From Octopus vulgaris (lineage: Eukaryota): a DNA stretch of 64,000 bases. Made by a program: the position numbers and the translations under genes. Of this stretch, positions 28,858 through 40,382 are shown piece by piece. The first letter of the stretch is position 1, and each line of letters starts with the position of its first letter. The stretch is from contig OX597828.1 of assembly GCA_951406725.2 (NCBI GenBank), positions 45,322,001 through 45,386,000 on the forward strand. Direction: 5' to 3'. The notes below the pieces were generated by a model. It saw nothing but the letters and a program-made list of their open reading frames with translations. It was not told where the DNA came from and searched no databases.

Positions 28858-29600
28858 CAACAATAATGATAATAATAATAATGATAATAATAATAATGAT
28901 AATAATAATAATAATGATAATAATAATAATAAGGTTATCATGTACATTGTTCTGTCTTGGTATGAAAGATGGGCTACAACAAATATTCTGCTCAATACCA
29001 CAGATTTGCTCGTCAGTTGTTTGACCTTAACCAGTTGAGCATGTCCAATTAGTAGCTGACGATATGTGCATCTCTGATCACGAGCAGAAGTAGTGGGGGA
29101 GCATCATAGCCATGTGTTGAGAGGGATTCTTTGGGGTTTGAATAGTTCACCTCTGGAGACATGGGTGGTTTTTTCAACATCCTTAAAAAACCCTTATTCA
29201 GGGACCTTTTGAGTGGGATGGGCTACTCAACCTGAAGAAAGTTCTAACTGGGCCCCCACCTGCAAGGTCATGTGCAGTTTATCTTGATATGAGATCACCA
29301 TGTCGCGCACATATGGTTGTGATGCATGTGCCTTGTGTGCCCTTATCAGACGGGTAGTCATGATGGGTCTATTGGGCTTCGTATATTTTACCCCAGTGTC
29401 ACTTTGATGGCATGAACTGCTCTCTCACTCAATAATAATAATAATCATAACATCGAAAAATACCTTAGGAACGAGAACCCAGGTTCGAAATTTCACCAAG
29501 ACACCTGAAGAAGGCTGGAGGGTATATCAGCCGAAACGTGTTAACAACAAACAAGACGAGGACAAATATCCGTCAAATGTAAATAATGTAAATAATGTAT
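28720..29600 (+). mobile_element. Putative tRNA-headed, hammerhead-bearing retroelement split by element X
   Basis: A box TGGCATAGTGG (28728), B-like box GAGTTTGATTCC (28771), (AAT)n, insertion, (AAT)n, then hammerhead motif 29501-29542 and (TGTAAATAA)n end. Confidence 0.55.
28934..29430 (+). mobile_element. Element X inserted in (AAT)n
   Basis: Both ends abut (AAT)n; same terminus CTCTCTCACTC-AATAAT as the 21638 copy. Confidence 0.9.
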
Positions 29601-30057
29601 ATAATTACAGTAAAATTAACATAGGATAGTTAATTGGTATATATACTTTTGGATACATGCTGTAGCTTTTTAGTATATATATATCCTTTTGGATATAGAT
29701 TGTGCGTATATAGTATGACAAATTAGTATTTTGTCCTTTTTAATATACACACTGTATGGCTAATTATTGTGCATCCACTGTGTGTGTATATATAACCTGA
29801 CTATAGCCGAGTAGTAAAGGTGTTCCCTTTGAGATCATCAGGTCATGAGTTCAGTCTTGAGATCAGGCAGCACATCGTGTCCTTGAGCAAGGCACTTCAT
29901 TTTACATTTCTGCAGTCTGCACACTTCAGATATGCACCAGCTAACTGCAGCTGCATCCTTTTCATGCTCCGGCTCTCACGCTCTGGATGCTCAGTTGAGT
30001 CAAAGACAAACAGACTTAGAATGCATCTATGCTAGCTCATGATTATATAAGCACCTA

Positions 30058-30445
30058 TGGAGGCGCAATGGCCCAGTGTTTAGGGCAGCGGACTCGCAGT
30101 CGTAGGATCGCGGTTTCGATTCCCAGACCGGGCGTTGTGAGTGTTTATTGAGTGAAAACACCTAAAGCTCCACGAGGCTCCGGCAGGGGATGGTGGTGAT
30201 CCCTGCTGTACTCTTTCACCACAACTTTCTCTCACTCTTACTTCCTGTTTCTGTTGTACCTGTATTTCAAAGGGCCGGCCTTGTCACTCTCTGTGTCACG
30301 CTGAATATCCCCGAGAACTGCGTTAAGGGTACACGTGTCTGTGGAGTGCTCAGCCACTTACACGTCAATTTCCTGAGCAGGCTGTTCCGTTGATCGGATC
30401 AACCGGAACCCTCATCGTCGTAATCGACAGAGTGCTTCCATCCAT
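30058..30445 (+). mobile_element. SINE head family B, full length, 12-bp TSD
   Basis: A/B boxes; TSD ATATAAGCACCT at 30045-30056 and 30448-30459. Confidence 0.95.
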
Positions 30446-30529
30446 CCATATAAGCACCTGTAAGTATTAGCAAAAGAATGGTACATGTAACCAAGCAATA
30501 CAGTAGCTGCTGAGTCTCGGCTACTTGTA

Positions 30530-30925
30530 CTTTACGTAGCGTGACTGGCCAATATCCTTATTGGATAATAGATATCATTATTCTCCATCATTCTAGGATT
30601 ATCTCCTTGCATTCATAGCATGCCTAACCAACATCCTTACAGGATAGCAATTCTACAGCTAACTTTGTCTATTCAGGGATTCTCGCTGTGTGTGTAACAT
30701 GTTTAGCAATTAAATCCTCATAGGATAATCATAATACTTCTCTGTTTCTGGGATTTTCTACTTCTGATAATTTGTGTGTGTGTGTGTGTGTGTAGCATGA
30801 TCAGGCAGTATATTGATATTGGATAATGTTACTTCTATAATTCTGGGATTTTCTCTGTGAGTATTCCATGGCTCACCGACATCCTTAACGAATAAATACA
30901 CTACCTCTCTCATTCTGCGATTTGC
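30530..30925. repeat. Degenerate approx. 75-bp tandem repeat (ATCCTTATTGGATAAT...TCTGGGATT)
   Basis: Five units; related to units at 25165, 25732 and 26510. Confidence 0.7.
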
Positions 30926-30947
30926 TATATATATATATATATATATA

Positions 30948-31090
30948 TCGTCACTTAGCGGTTCGGCATAAGAGACCGATAGAATAAGTACTGGGCTTAC
31001 AAAGAATAAGTCCCGGGGTCGATCTCCTCGACTAAATAGCATGGCCGCAGTCAAATGACTGAAACAAGTAAAAGAAAAAGAAAAAAAGAA
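30948..31090 (+). mobile_element. SINE family A, 3' fragment
   Basis: CGTCACTTAGCGGTTCGGCA...GACTGAAACAAGTAAAAGA. Confidence 0.88.
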
Positions 31091-31100
31091 GAATACATAC

Positions 31101-31159
<59 letters not shown>

Positions 31160-31381
31160 TATACATATATATATACATGTATATATATAAACATATATGC
31201 ACACACATATGTAAAGAGAGAGAGAGAGGGAGAGGGGGTAGTGAGATAAGTATATATATATATATATATATGAATAAACGCAATATACATATATACATAA
31301 TGTACATATGTATACATGTATATGTATATAAATGTGTGTTTGTGTATTTGCATATGTTTATCTCTCTATCTATCTATTTAT

Positions 31382-31424
<43 letters not shown>

Positions 31425-31605
31425 ACCGTTGTGAAGCAGTTAGCTGAACCCTAATTATAATTATGTGGATAATTTTACCTATAAAGGTTATTTTAACATA
31501 CCAATTTACTTGGTAAAATTGTTAATTAACTGATTAATTGATTGAGTAATTTAATTAATAAATTTCACCCTTCTGTTATTAATATCTATCTATCTATCTA
31601 TCTAG

Positions 31606-31657
<52 letters not shown>

Positions 31658-31659
31658 CT

Positions 31660-34410
31660 ATCTATATGTGTGTGCTACATATCGCCCTCCAGATACCCCA
31701 AGCCATGTGGGCAAGTTTGAAGACTGCCTTATAAAAATAGAAGAAATTCTAACCACATTAGAACAACACATAGGTGTGCTTCTTATGGGAGACTTCAATC
31801 TGCCCAATGTCAGATGGCCCGAGGGCCTTTCTCTCCCAGGAATGACAAGATGTGAACGAGGACAGGCGAGGTCCCTCCTGAACCTCATCAACACCCTGTA
31901 CATGGAGCAGGTAATACTCCAACCAACCAGGGCAGGTAACACACTGGATCTCTGCTTCACAAATGACATGGATCTCATCCATAATGTGAAAGTGACACCG
32001 ACACTACTCTCGGATCACAACATGATAGAGCTGACCATGTACGGGCCAAAAGAGAGCACGGACATGCAGCCTACAAGAAACCCTCAAAATCTTTCCAGCT
32101 TGAACTACCATAAGGCAAACTGGAAACAAATTGAGAAAGAGATCCTCAAACAAAACTGGCCTAAATGTCTTTCCTCGCCAGACATCGACGTGAAACTTCA
32201 AAAATTCATGTCTGTAATGCAAGCCATATGCTACAAATGTGTCCCAGAGAGAAAGGCCACTGTACACAAGAACAAAATCCCCAGAGAGAGGAAAATTTTA
32301 ATGAGACGGCGTACGAAATTTTCAAATCGCCTAAACAAACAGATTGAAAGCAGTGAAAAGTCCCGCCTAAAAATAAAACTGTTGGAAATCGAAAAATGTC
32401 TGCAACTCTCCCATGAAAAAGAAAGAGCAGACAAAGAAGCCTGGGCTATAGAAAACATAAAATCTAACTCCAGAGCTTTCTACAGGTATGCCAAAAAACA
32501 GCTACAGTGCACTGTAGAATAGGGCCACTCCTCGAAAAGGATGGCACACTTACAGGAAAACCAATGAGGGTAAGTGAAATACTGAATGAGCAATTCAAGA
32601 GTGTTTTCACTCCACCCCTTGGGCATCTCCAAATCACCAATCCAACTGACTTTTTTACCACTGCAGATATAAAATCAGAGGCGGCGACGATAGATTACAT
32701 CGATATAAAGGAAGACGATGTAACCAAGGCTATAGATGAAATGAAAACAGACTCAGCTACTGGCCCCGATGGATTCCCGGCAATCCTCCTAAAAGCATGT
32801 AAGAGAGTCCTAGCAAGACCACTGCAGTTCCTCTTTCAGAGCTTCCTTGCAGCTGGCAAACTTCCAGGAAAACTGAAGGAAGGTAAAATATGCCCCATTC
32901 ATAAAGGAGGTAGCAGAGCGGAAGCCAAGAACTATAGACCTATCTCTCTGACCTCACACATCAGCAAGGTCATGGAACGAATAGTCAGAAGGAAGCTGAT
33001 CACCTTCCTTGAAGAGAATGACTTGCTGCCCGACACCCAACATGGTTTCCGACCAGGGAGAAGCTGTTTAACTCAGCTCCTACAACACTATGACTGGGTG
33101 CTGAAACGGCTGCTCAACCACTCAAATGTGGAAGTGATATATCTCGACTTTGCAAAGGCCTTTGATAAAGTCGATCATGGAATGATATGTCAGAAACTGC
33201 GTGATCTCAACATAGTTGGAAAACTGGGAGAATGGCTTCATGACTTTCTGAAGGATAGAAGTCAGGTGGTAGTAGCCAATGGGGCCACCTCCATTAACAC
33301 ACAAATAGTGAGCGGTGTTCCGCAGGGCACTGTTCTGGGACCGCTACTGTTCATAATGGCCCTCTCAGACATGCCCTCAGCCACGCAGAGAGCCACGATC
33401 ACAAGTTATGCAGATGATACAAAAGTTTCACAGGCAATACAGAACCCTGAGGACACTAAACACCTGCAATGTGAGCTGGACGAAATATACAAGTGGGCTG
33501 AAAAGAATAGCATGCAGTTCAATGCTGGAAAGTTTCAAGCTTTATACTATCAGCATGCAAAACTGAATGAAATACCCAATGAATACACTGGACCCGGAGG
33601 GATTGCAATCCCAAAGGCACAATCAGTGCGTGACCTGGGTATTCACATGAGTGATGACGCGACCTTTCATGTACATGTTGCTAAACTGACAATGAAATGT
33701 AGACGGCTGGCTGGATGGATTCTTAGAACCTTTAGAACAAGAGAACAAGAAACCATGATGGTCCTCTGGAAGACACTTGTCCTAAGCCACTTTGACTATT
33801 GCTCTCAGCTATAGTCACCATCCAGTGTCAAGTTGATCACAGAACTTGAGGCGATCCAACGAAGCTACACAAAGAAGATAGCCTCTATGCAGAATGTAAG
33901 CTACTGGGAAAGACTCAAGAGATTAAAATTATATTCCCTGGAGCGTAGGCGGGAAAGATATGCCATAATATACATCTGGAAGATCCTGGAGGGAAGTGTC
34001 CTGAACTTTGGCATCGAGAGTTACGCAAATGCCAGAACTGGGCGCCACTGCGTGGTGCCTAGGACTCCAAACCTGCCATCAAGATGTAGGACAAGATTCT
34101 GTGATAGCCTGGGCTTCCGAGGCCCACAGCTCTTCAATATCCTCCCGAAGAACCTGAGAGACCTGCATGGGGTGGATACAGATGTCTTTAAAATGAAGCT
34201 GGATCTCTTCCTGTCAGGTGTCCCAGATGAACCAACTTCACGGCAGGAGGGGCAGATGAGGGCAGCTGCATCGAACTCTCTCATGCACCAAATAGCAGTT
34301 GCTAGAAAGCCTCCATGAAGTGAAACCAAGTAGCAACACCAAATGGCGGTGCCCCAGCATGGCCACAGCTCATAAGCTGAAACTAGAATCAATCAATCAA
34401 TCAATCAATC
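31660..34410 (+). mobile_element. 5'-truncated CR1-group (Zenon-like) LINE: AP endonuclease + reverse transcriptase ORF2, 3' UTR, (ATCA)n tail
   Basis: EN motifs YRPP, MGDFN, LDL, SDH; RT motifs QHGFRPGRSC, YLDFAKAFDKVDH, GVPQGTVLGP, YADD; C-terminal LERRR..FNILP..VPDEP. One frameshift (A6 at 32493-98) and one TAG (33812-14). Confidence 0.97.
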
Positions 34411-34494
34411 ATATATATATATATATATATATAACGGGAAGCTTTATGAAAATAAACAAAAGACGAAGGCAGGTGGAAAACAAACGAACAATTG

Positions 34495-34541
<47 letters not shown>

Positions 34542-34833
34542 AATATATACACATATATATACATATATATATACATATATATATAAACATATATGCACAC
34601 ACATATGTAAAGAGAGAGAGAGAGGGAGAGGGGGTAGTGAGATAAGTATATATATATATATGAATAAACGCAATATACATATATATTGGGGTGGAAGCGG
34701 GATGGATACAAAGCCTCATTCATACTTTTTGAATTCGTTGGTACTGACGGTCGAAGATGGTTTGTCTGGGATTACTCATATCAGACGTGTATGTTCGATT
34801 TTTAGTGCTCTCAAATCCAAATCTAAGAAATCT

Positions 34834-34895
34834 TTGAGCTGACGAAGGAAATGTTCATCTTTAAATTCAACTAATCTAGAAACGTACGTTCTCAA
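34834..34895 (+). ncRNA. Type-I hammerhead motif
   Basis: TTGAG CTGACGA a GGA..TCT a GAAA CGTACG TT CTCAA; 5-bp stem I, palindromic stem III, weak stem II. Confidence 0.65.
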
Positions 34896-35085
34896 GTAAT
34901 CTTAATGTACATGTGATCTTTTGTTATTTTTCCCTCCATACCTGCATGGAATTATTTTTGAGTATACATTGTCTGGGAGATTTTTCTTATAGTAGAAGAA
35001 ATAGCTAAGATTTTTTGGCTGCTATTTCTAAAAGTTCAGTGTGTGGTAAAGTAAATTATTTTACTGAACCCTAATTATACAACGT

Positions 35086-35127
<42 letters not shown>

Positions 35128-35475
35128 AAATATAAATGTGTGTGTGTGTACATGCATCTGTGTGTGTGTGTGTGTGTGCGTGCATGTGTAGAAGTCTTAT
35201 TGTCCCTCAGTCCAGGAAATAACTGGAGACTCTAGAGTATAAAAAATTAACAACGATAATGGAAAACCATCCTGCAATTGTTATTGAAGATAAAAGCTGA
35301 TTGTTTCTTGGTTGACAAATCATATCTAGTAACAAACAGTGTAAAGTGTAGCCAGAAAAGAAATATAAACAACATTATATGAAGTTATGGCTGAGGGTTA
35401 ATCCTAAAACCTGGTGATGGGTCTGGGTGTGGAAAGAAAAAGATGCCTTCCCCAAAATATCCAACTCAGAAATAT

Positions 35476-35894
35476 ATATTTCTTTATTGCCCAGAAGGGG
35501 CTAAACATAGAGGGGACAAACAAGGACAGACGAAGGGATTGAGTTGATTATATCGACCCCAGTGCAAAACTGGTACTTAATTTATCGACCCCAAAAGGAT
35601 GAAAGGCAAAGTTGACCTCGGCGGAATTTGAACTCAGAACGTAATGACAGACAAAATACATATTTCTTTATTACCCACAAGGGGCTAAACACAGAGGGGA
35701 CAAACAAGGACAGACAAAGGGATTGAGTCGATTATATCGACCCCAGTGCGAAACTGGTACTTAATTTATCGACCCCGAAAGGATGAAAGGCAAAGTCGAC
35801 CTCGGCAGAATTTGAACTCAGAATGTAACGACAGACAAAATACCGCTAAGCATTGCGCCAGGCGTGCTAACGTGTCTGCCAGCTTGCTGCCTTA
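35476..35894 (-). mobile_element. SINE family D head-to-tail dimer
   Basis: Two near-identical units, 35476-35660 and 35660-35894. Confidence 0.92.
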
Positions 35895-36138
35895 TATAAC
35901 TGATTTCTTTAATATAGGAAAAGTTCATCTGAGATTGACACAATAGGAAAATGTGATTTCTTGTGATAGCACGAGGCATCTTTATGTCTTTATAATTTAA
36001 GGAAATGCATAAGAGAAATAAAAGTGCAGAAAAGGATGAAGAGATAGAGGGCCAGAGAGGGATGTCTTAAACGTTTTGATATCAATCCACCCATCCTGGG
36101 ATGACCCTTGGTTTTCTCATAGAAATTCCCTACTTTAA

Positions 36139-37110
36139 CCTTTTGGCATTCACTTTATTCTATCAAAAGAAATTCACATTGTTTTCAATCAGTCATACAT
36201 TATCTTGTAGCTATAAGATTTTGCTGAGGCAACAGCTAATTTTTATGACCCGACTTGGAACCGTCCAGGTGTCTTTCTGAGGCATGGAGTCTGGTTGGGC
36301 AAGAAGATTCTAATTTTGATACCTAAATGAATTTGAGTAAGAGGTTCATTGCCTCGAAGTGGCTTCGTTTGTAGTCAATGTAAAAGGTATATTGCCTCCT
36401 TAGTGTTGCTTTTGTAAGAGGTTTATTGCCTTAAAATCTATATATATAAAACTGTAGTTGTGTGAGTTGTGTGATTTAGATTCCTAACTACTCTCACATT
36501 TTGCGGTGCAGTTTAACCAAAACCGGGTATCTTATAGTCGTGATTCATATCGAGCCCTTTTGGGTATTAGCACGCGTCTACGATGAGTCTACGATTTTAA
36601 AAATAATTTACCATCATTTTTTTCCATTTTCATGCATATTTTTTTAAAGGGAAGTAACTCTCTAAAAATGTCTATGATGAGTCAACGAGTTTTTTAAAAA
36701 TTTACCATCATATTTTTTCCATTTTTAATGCATTTTTTTGCTATTTTTTGGCTATAACTCTCTAAAAATGCTGTATAGTTATTTCCCTTACAAACCCGAG
36801 CAACGCCGGGCAATACTGCTAGTGTTTTAATAAAAGAACAATGTGCTTGGGTATACAGCAATTGGTGGGCATTGCAGTTGCCCTCGTTTTTCACCATTTC
36901 ATTTGTCATTCATATCATTATGTGTATGTGTCCAGCCCGTAGCTTCCTTTCTGTGTAAGGCCCTTGTGGCCAATTAAATGAAATTTAAAAAAAACAGTTA
37001 ATTTTTAGAATTATTTTGTAGGGTAGGTGTGAGAGGTCAGATCCAGCCAGTTTGACCATAAAACGGGGAGAATGTTTTGGCTGAATATGGCTGGTTTAAA
37101 TGGTAATGGG
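36139..37110 (+). mobile_element. TTAA-flanked (piggyBac-type) MITE split by an approx. 740-bp insertion
   Basis: TTAA at 36135-38 and 37111-14, degenerate TIRs; halves match the reverse complement of 44416-44758. Confidence 0.7.
36437..36822 (+). mobile_element. Non-autonomous Helitron
   Basis: 5' TC, 3' CTAG, subterminal hairpin CCCGAGCAACGCCGGG (36795-36810), inserted between A and T, no TSD. Confidence 0.9.
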
Positions 37111-37125
37111 TTAAAGTGATTAGAT

Positions 37126-37344
37126 CAGTGGTTTTCAACCAGGGTTCCGCGGAACCTTAGGATTCCACCAGTACAGTCCAGGGGTTCCACAAGAAGTTAC
37201 AAAACTGCTAAAATTGGCAGTAATTTTTAATTTTCCTGTGCAGATATGTGTGCATAAGACTATTAAATTATTGCACAGGGGTTCCCCGAGCCAGTGGAAT
37301 GTTTCCTTGGGGTTCCGCTCCAGCAAAAAGTTTGAAAAGCACTG
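37126..37344 (-). mobile_element. hAT MITE, intact
   Basis: TIRs CAGTGGTTTTCAA / TTGAAAAGCACTG; 8-bp TSD GATTAGAT. Confidence 0.94.
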
Positions 37345-37884
37345 GATTAGATGTACAGCTTCAAATCAAAATTTTGTATTGATTTATGTTCCAGACACCA
37401 ATAATGACAAAGATATTTTGATAAATTCTTTACTATTTTCAAAATCAATTGAAATATAGGCTTGGTATTTCAACAGATATATCCTAGTTATATAATATTA
37501 CTTCCAGAGCTTTCCATGATGACTATCTTAATCCTTTTGATATTATTTAAGACCGCTCCTGGATTTATGTACAAATTACCTGTATTAAAGCAGTCTACAT
37601 TAAATTCTTTCTTGAAAATTTCATGCTACTTTACGTTCCAAACACCAACTCATAAATGGCATTGCTAAATTCTTCATTATTTTGAAAATTAGTAGCACCA
37701 AAGGTTGTGTACATCAAGAGAAATGTGGTATCGAAAATGTTAAGTACCTCATGAGAATCTTGTAAAAACAGAAATTACTGTGTGAGAATATGGCTTGGTT
37801 CTAAGTTGATGTTATTGTTGGATTTTGGGGAGTGAAAATTTGTCATATTTGAGAAGAGATCTATGCAGACAGATAGATAGATAT

Positions 37885-38040
37885 ACGATGGGCTTCTTTC
37901 AGCTTTCATCTACCAAATCCACTCACAAAGCTTTGGTTGGCCTGAGACTACAGTAGAAGATACTTAGCCAATGAGCCACACTGAGATTGAACCCAGAGCC
38001 ATGTAGTTGGGAAGCAAGATTCTTACCATACAGCCATGCG
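37885..38040 (-). mobile_element. SINE family A, 5' half
   Basis: Matches family A. Confidence 0.8.
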
Positions 38041-38513
38041 TGCAATTTTCTTTTTTTTTTTGTTGTTTTTTTTTCAAGCTAAGCAGAGGGTCACTCCCAC
38101 TGACCTTTGCAGGCTCTCCCAGACAGGTCATATTAATGAGGTTAATATTAACTTTGGACTGCAGCAAGATAATACCAGAAGAAAGAAGGAGGAGGAGGAG
38201 GAGGAGGAGGAGAAGAAGAAGAAGAAGAAGAAGAAGAAGAAGAAGAAGAAGAAGAAGAAGAAGAAGAAGAAGGCAAAAACAAAAACAAAGCAAAAATTCC
38301 TGAGGGCAGGAAGAGAAGAGAATAAGAGAATTCCGAGGAGTTGACATTCAGTGGAAATTTAAAAGTCTAGAATTAGCAACATATAATTGATAACTGAGAA
38401 GGTAGAAAAGTATACAGTAAAATAATTATGGGTACCGGTTATATATACACACACACACACACACACATACATATATATATACATACATACATATATATAT
38501 ATATACATACATG

Positions 38514-38582
<69 letters not shown>

Positions 38583-38914
38583 ATATAACATAACATAATA
38601 CCTTGTGAACAATTTGAAGTATGTGAAATCTTAGTGTTTATTAACATGTTGTAGGAAATGGTAAAGGTATGGTTAGAGAATTGTCACACCTAATTATTGT
38701 GTTTGCTAAAATGTGTTTGGCATGATGTGAGTTTTTGCAACTCTTTATTGTCGGCAAATAAAAGGAGATAATTACTAATCAACCAGTAAAAAAAAAACTG
38801 TTAGATCCTCTCTGATCTATGATATTTTGATAAGGTTCTGATTTCTTGACTTCAAGAACAACTTCTCTTCATTCTTTTTTTTAAAATAAATAAATAAATG
38901 ATAAATAAATAAAT

Positions 38915-39160
38915 GCACCCTTTTAAAGCCTAGCCAGGCTCATGGGCCTGGTTTCCCGGTTTCTATGGCATATCTGTTCCCCAGCTGGATGGGACGTCAG
39001 TCCATCACAGCTTTCCTATTTTTGCCAGCTGAGTGGACTGGAGCAACGTGAAATAAAATGTTTTGCTCAAGAACACAACGCATCACCCAGTCCAGGAAAC
39101 GAAACCATAATCTTATGATCATGGTGCTGACACCCTAACCACTAAGCCATGTGCCTCCAC
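38915..39160 (-). mobile_element. SINE head family C with the tail type of 3035-3157
   Basis: CORE-like head; minus-strand tail GTCCCATCCAG.TGGGGAAC..ATATGCCA..GAAAC.GGGAAACC. Confidence 0.85.
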
Positions 39161-39207
39161 TTTTCTTTTACCTTTCCAAAAATAGGTTTTAAAAATTTTG
39201 GCCAAAT

Positions 39208-39500
39208 ACCTTCTTCTATAGTCTCCGGCCAACCAAAGCCTTGTGAGTGGATTTGGTTGACAGAAACTGAAAGAAGACCATTGTATATATATGTGGGGGA
39301 GGGACCCCACCCCCCTGCTTGACAACCAGTGTTGGTGTGTTTACATCCTAGTAACTTTACACTTTTTGGCAAAAGAGGAAAACCATGCTTTGAAACAGAA
39401 GAACTTGGGTCAATGCACTCAGCAAAAAGTTCTTCGAGGTGGAGCCCCAGAATGACCATAGCCTAAGCAAAATGGTAAAAAGAAAGAAAGAAGGAAAGAA
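39208..39500 (+). mobile_element. SINE family A, degenerate, 5'-truncated
   Basis: AAAGCCTTGTGAGTGGATTTGGT...GGTGGAGCCCCAGAATGACC. Confidence 0.75.
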
Positions 39501-39794
39501 AGATAGCTACTAAAATTACAGTGTCCAAAGTAGGATTGATGTTGTTCAGACCACCAGTGATAAAGACCACCAGTGATCAAAGGCATACATGCCTTGATAA
39601 GCCTGTCATTTTAGGGCAATATGATGACTTCACTATCTCTTCCTTCCATTTTTTTAAAAAGATAGGAGGAATGTATAGCTTGAAGGAACTTAGCTACTAC
39701 TTCTAGCATATTGAGTGACTTCAAAGAGGCTCCCTCATTGCATGTAGAAATTAGTTTGGAGAGAGAGCGAGAGAGAGGAGAGGGGGATGAGAGA

Positions 39795-39833
<39 letters not shown>

Positions 39834-39853
39834 CTATATGTATGTATGTTTGT

Positions 39854-39854
<1 letters not shown>

Positions 39855-39905
<51 letters not shown>

Positions 39906-39973
39906 TTAGATAGATAGATAGATAGATTGATTGATTGATTGATAGATACATAGATAGATAGATAGATAGATAT

Positions 39974-40007
<34 letters not shown>

Positions 40008-40020
40008 TGATTGATTGATT

Positions 40021-40075
<55 letters not shown>

Positions 40076-40107
40076 TGATTGATAGATAGATAGATTGATA
40101 GATAGAC

Positions 40108-40161
<54 letters not shown>

Positions 40162-40195
40162 GTAGATAGATAGATAGATAGATGGATTGATAGGG
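39855..40195. repeat. (TAGA)n/(TTGA)n microsatellite
   Basis: Directly visible. Confidence 0.98.
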
Positions 40196-40348
40196 AGGGA
40201 GAGAGAGAGGTAGAGAGAGGTCGAGAAAGTTCTGGAAGCCATTTTTCTCAATTGTGAAAGCAGTTGGACATTGCGATTAACTGATGCAATCTGGAAGGGT
40301 AGATGTTTCTTTCATTTCTATTCTATGACAGCTGAATTGATAAGGGTA

Positions 40349-40382
<34 letters not shown>

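Noticed and set aside
31542-31659. N-terminal extension of the 326-aa ORF
   Set aside because: Flanking DNA and (TATC)n read in frame by chance; the LINE is 5'-truncated within the endonuclease.
38070-38140. Possible plus-strand exon LSRGSLPLTFAGSPRQ after a T-rich tract
   Set aside because: Weak acceptor and donor, no recognisable homology, no partner exons.
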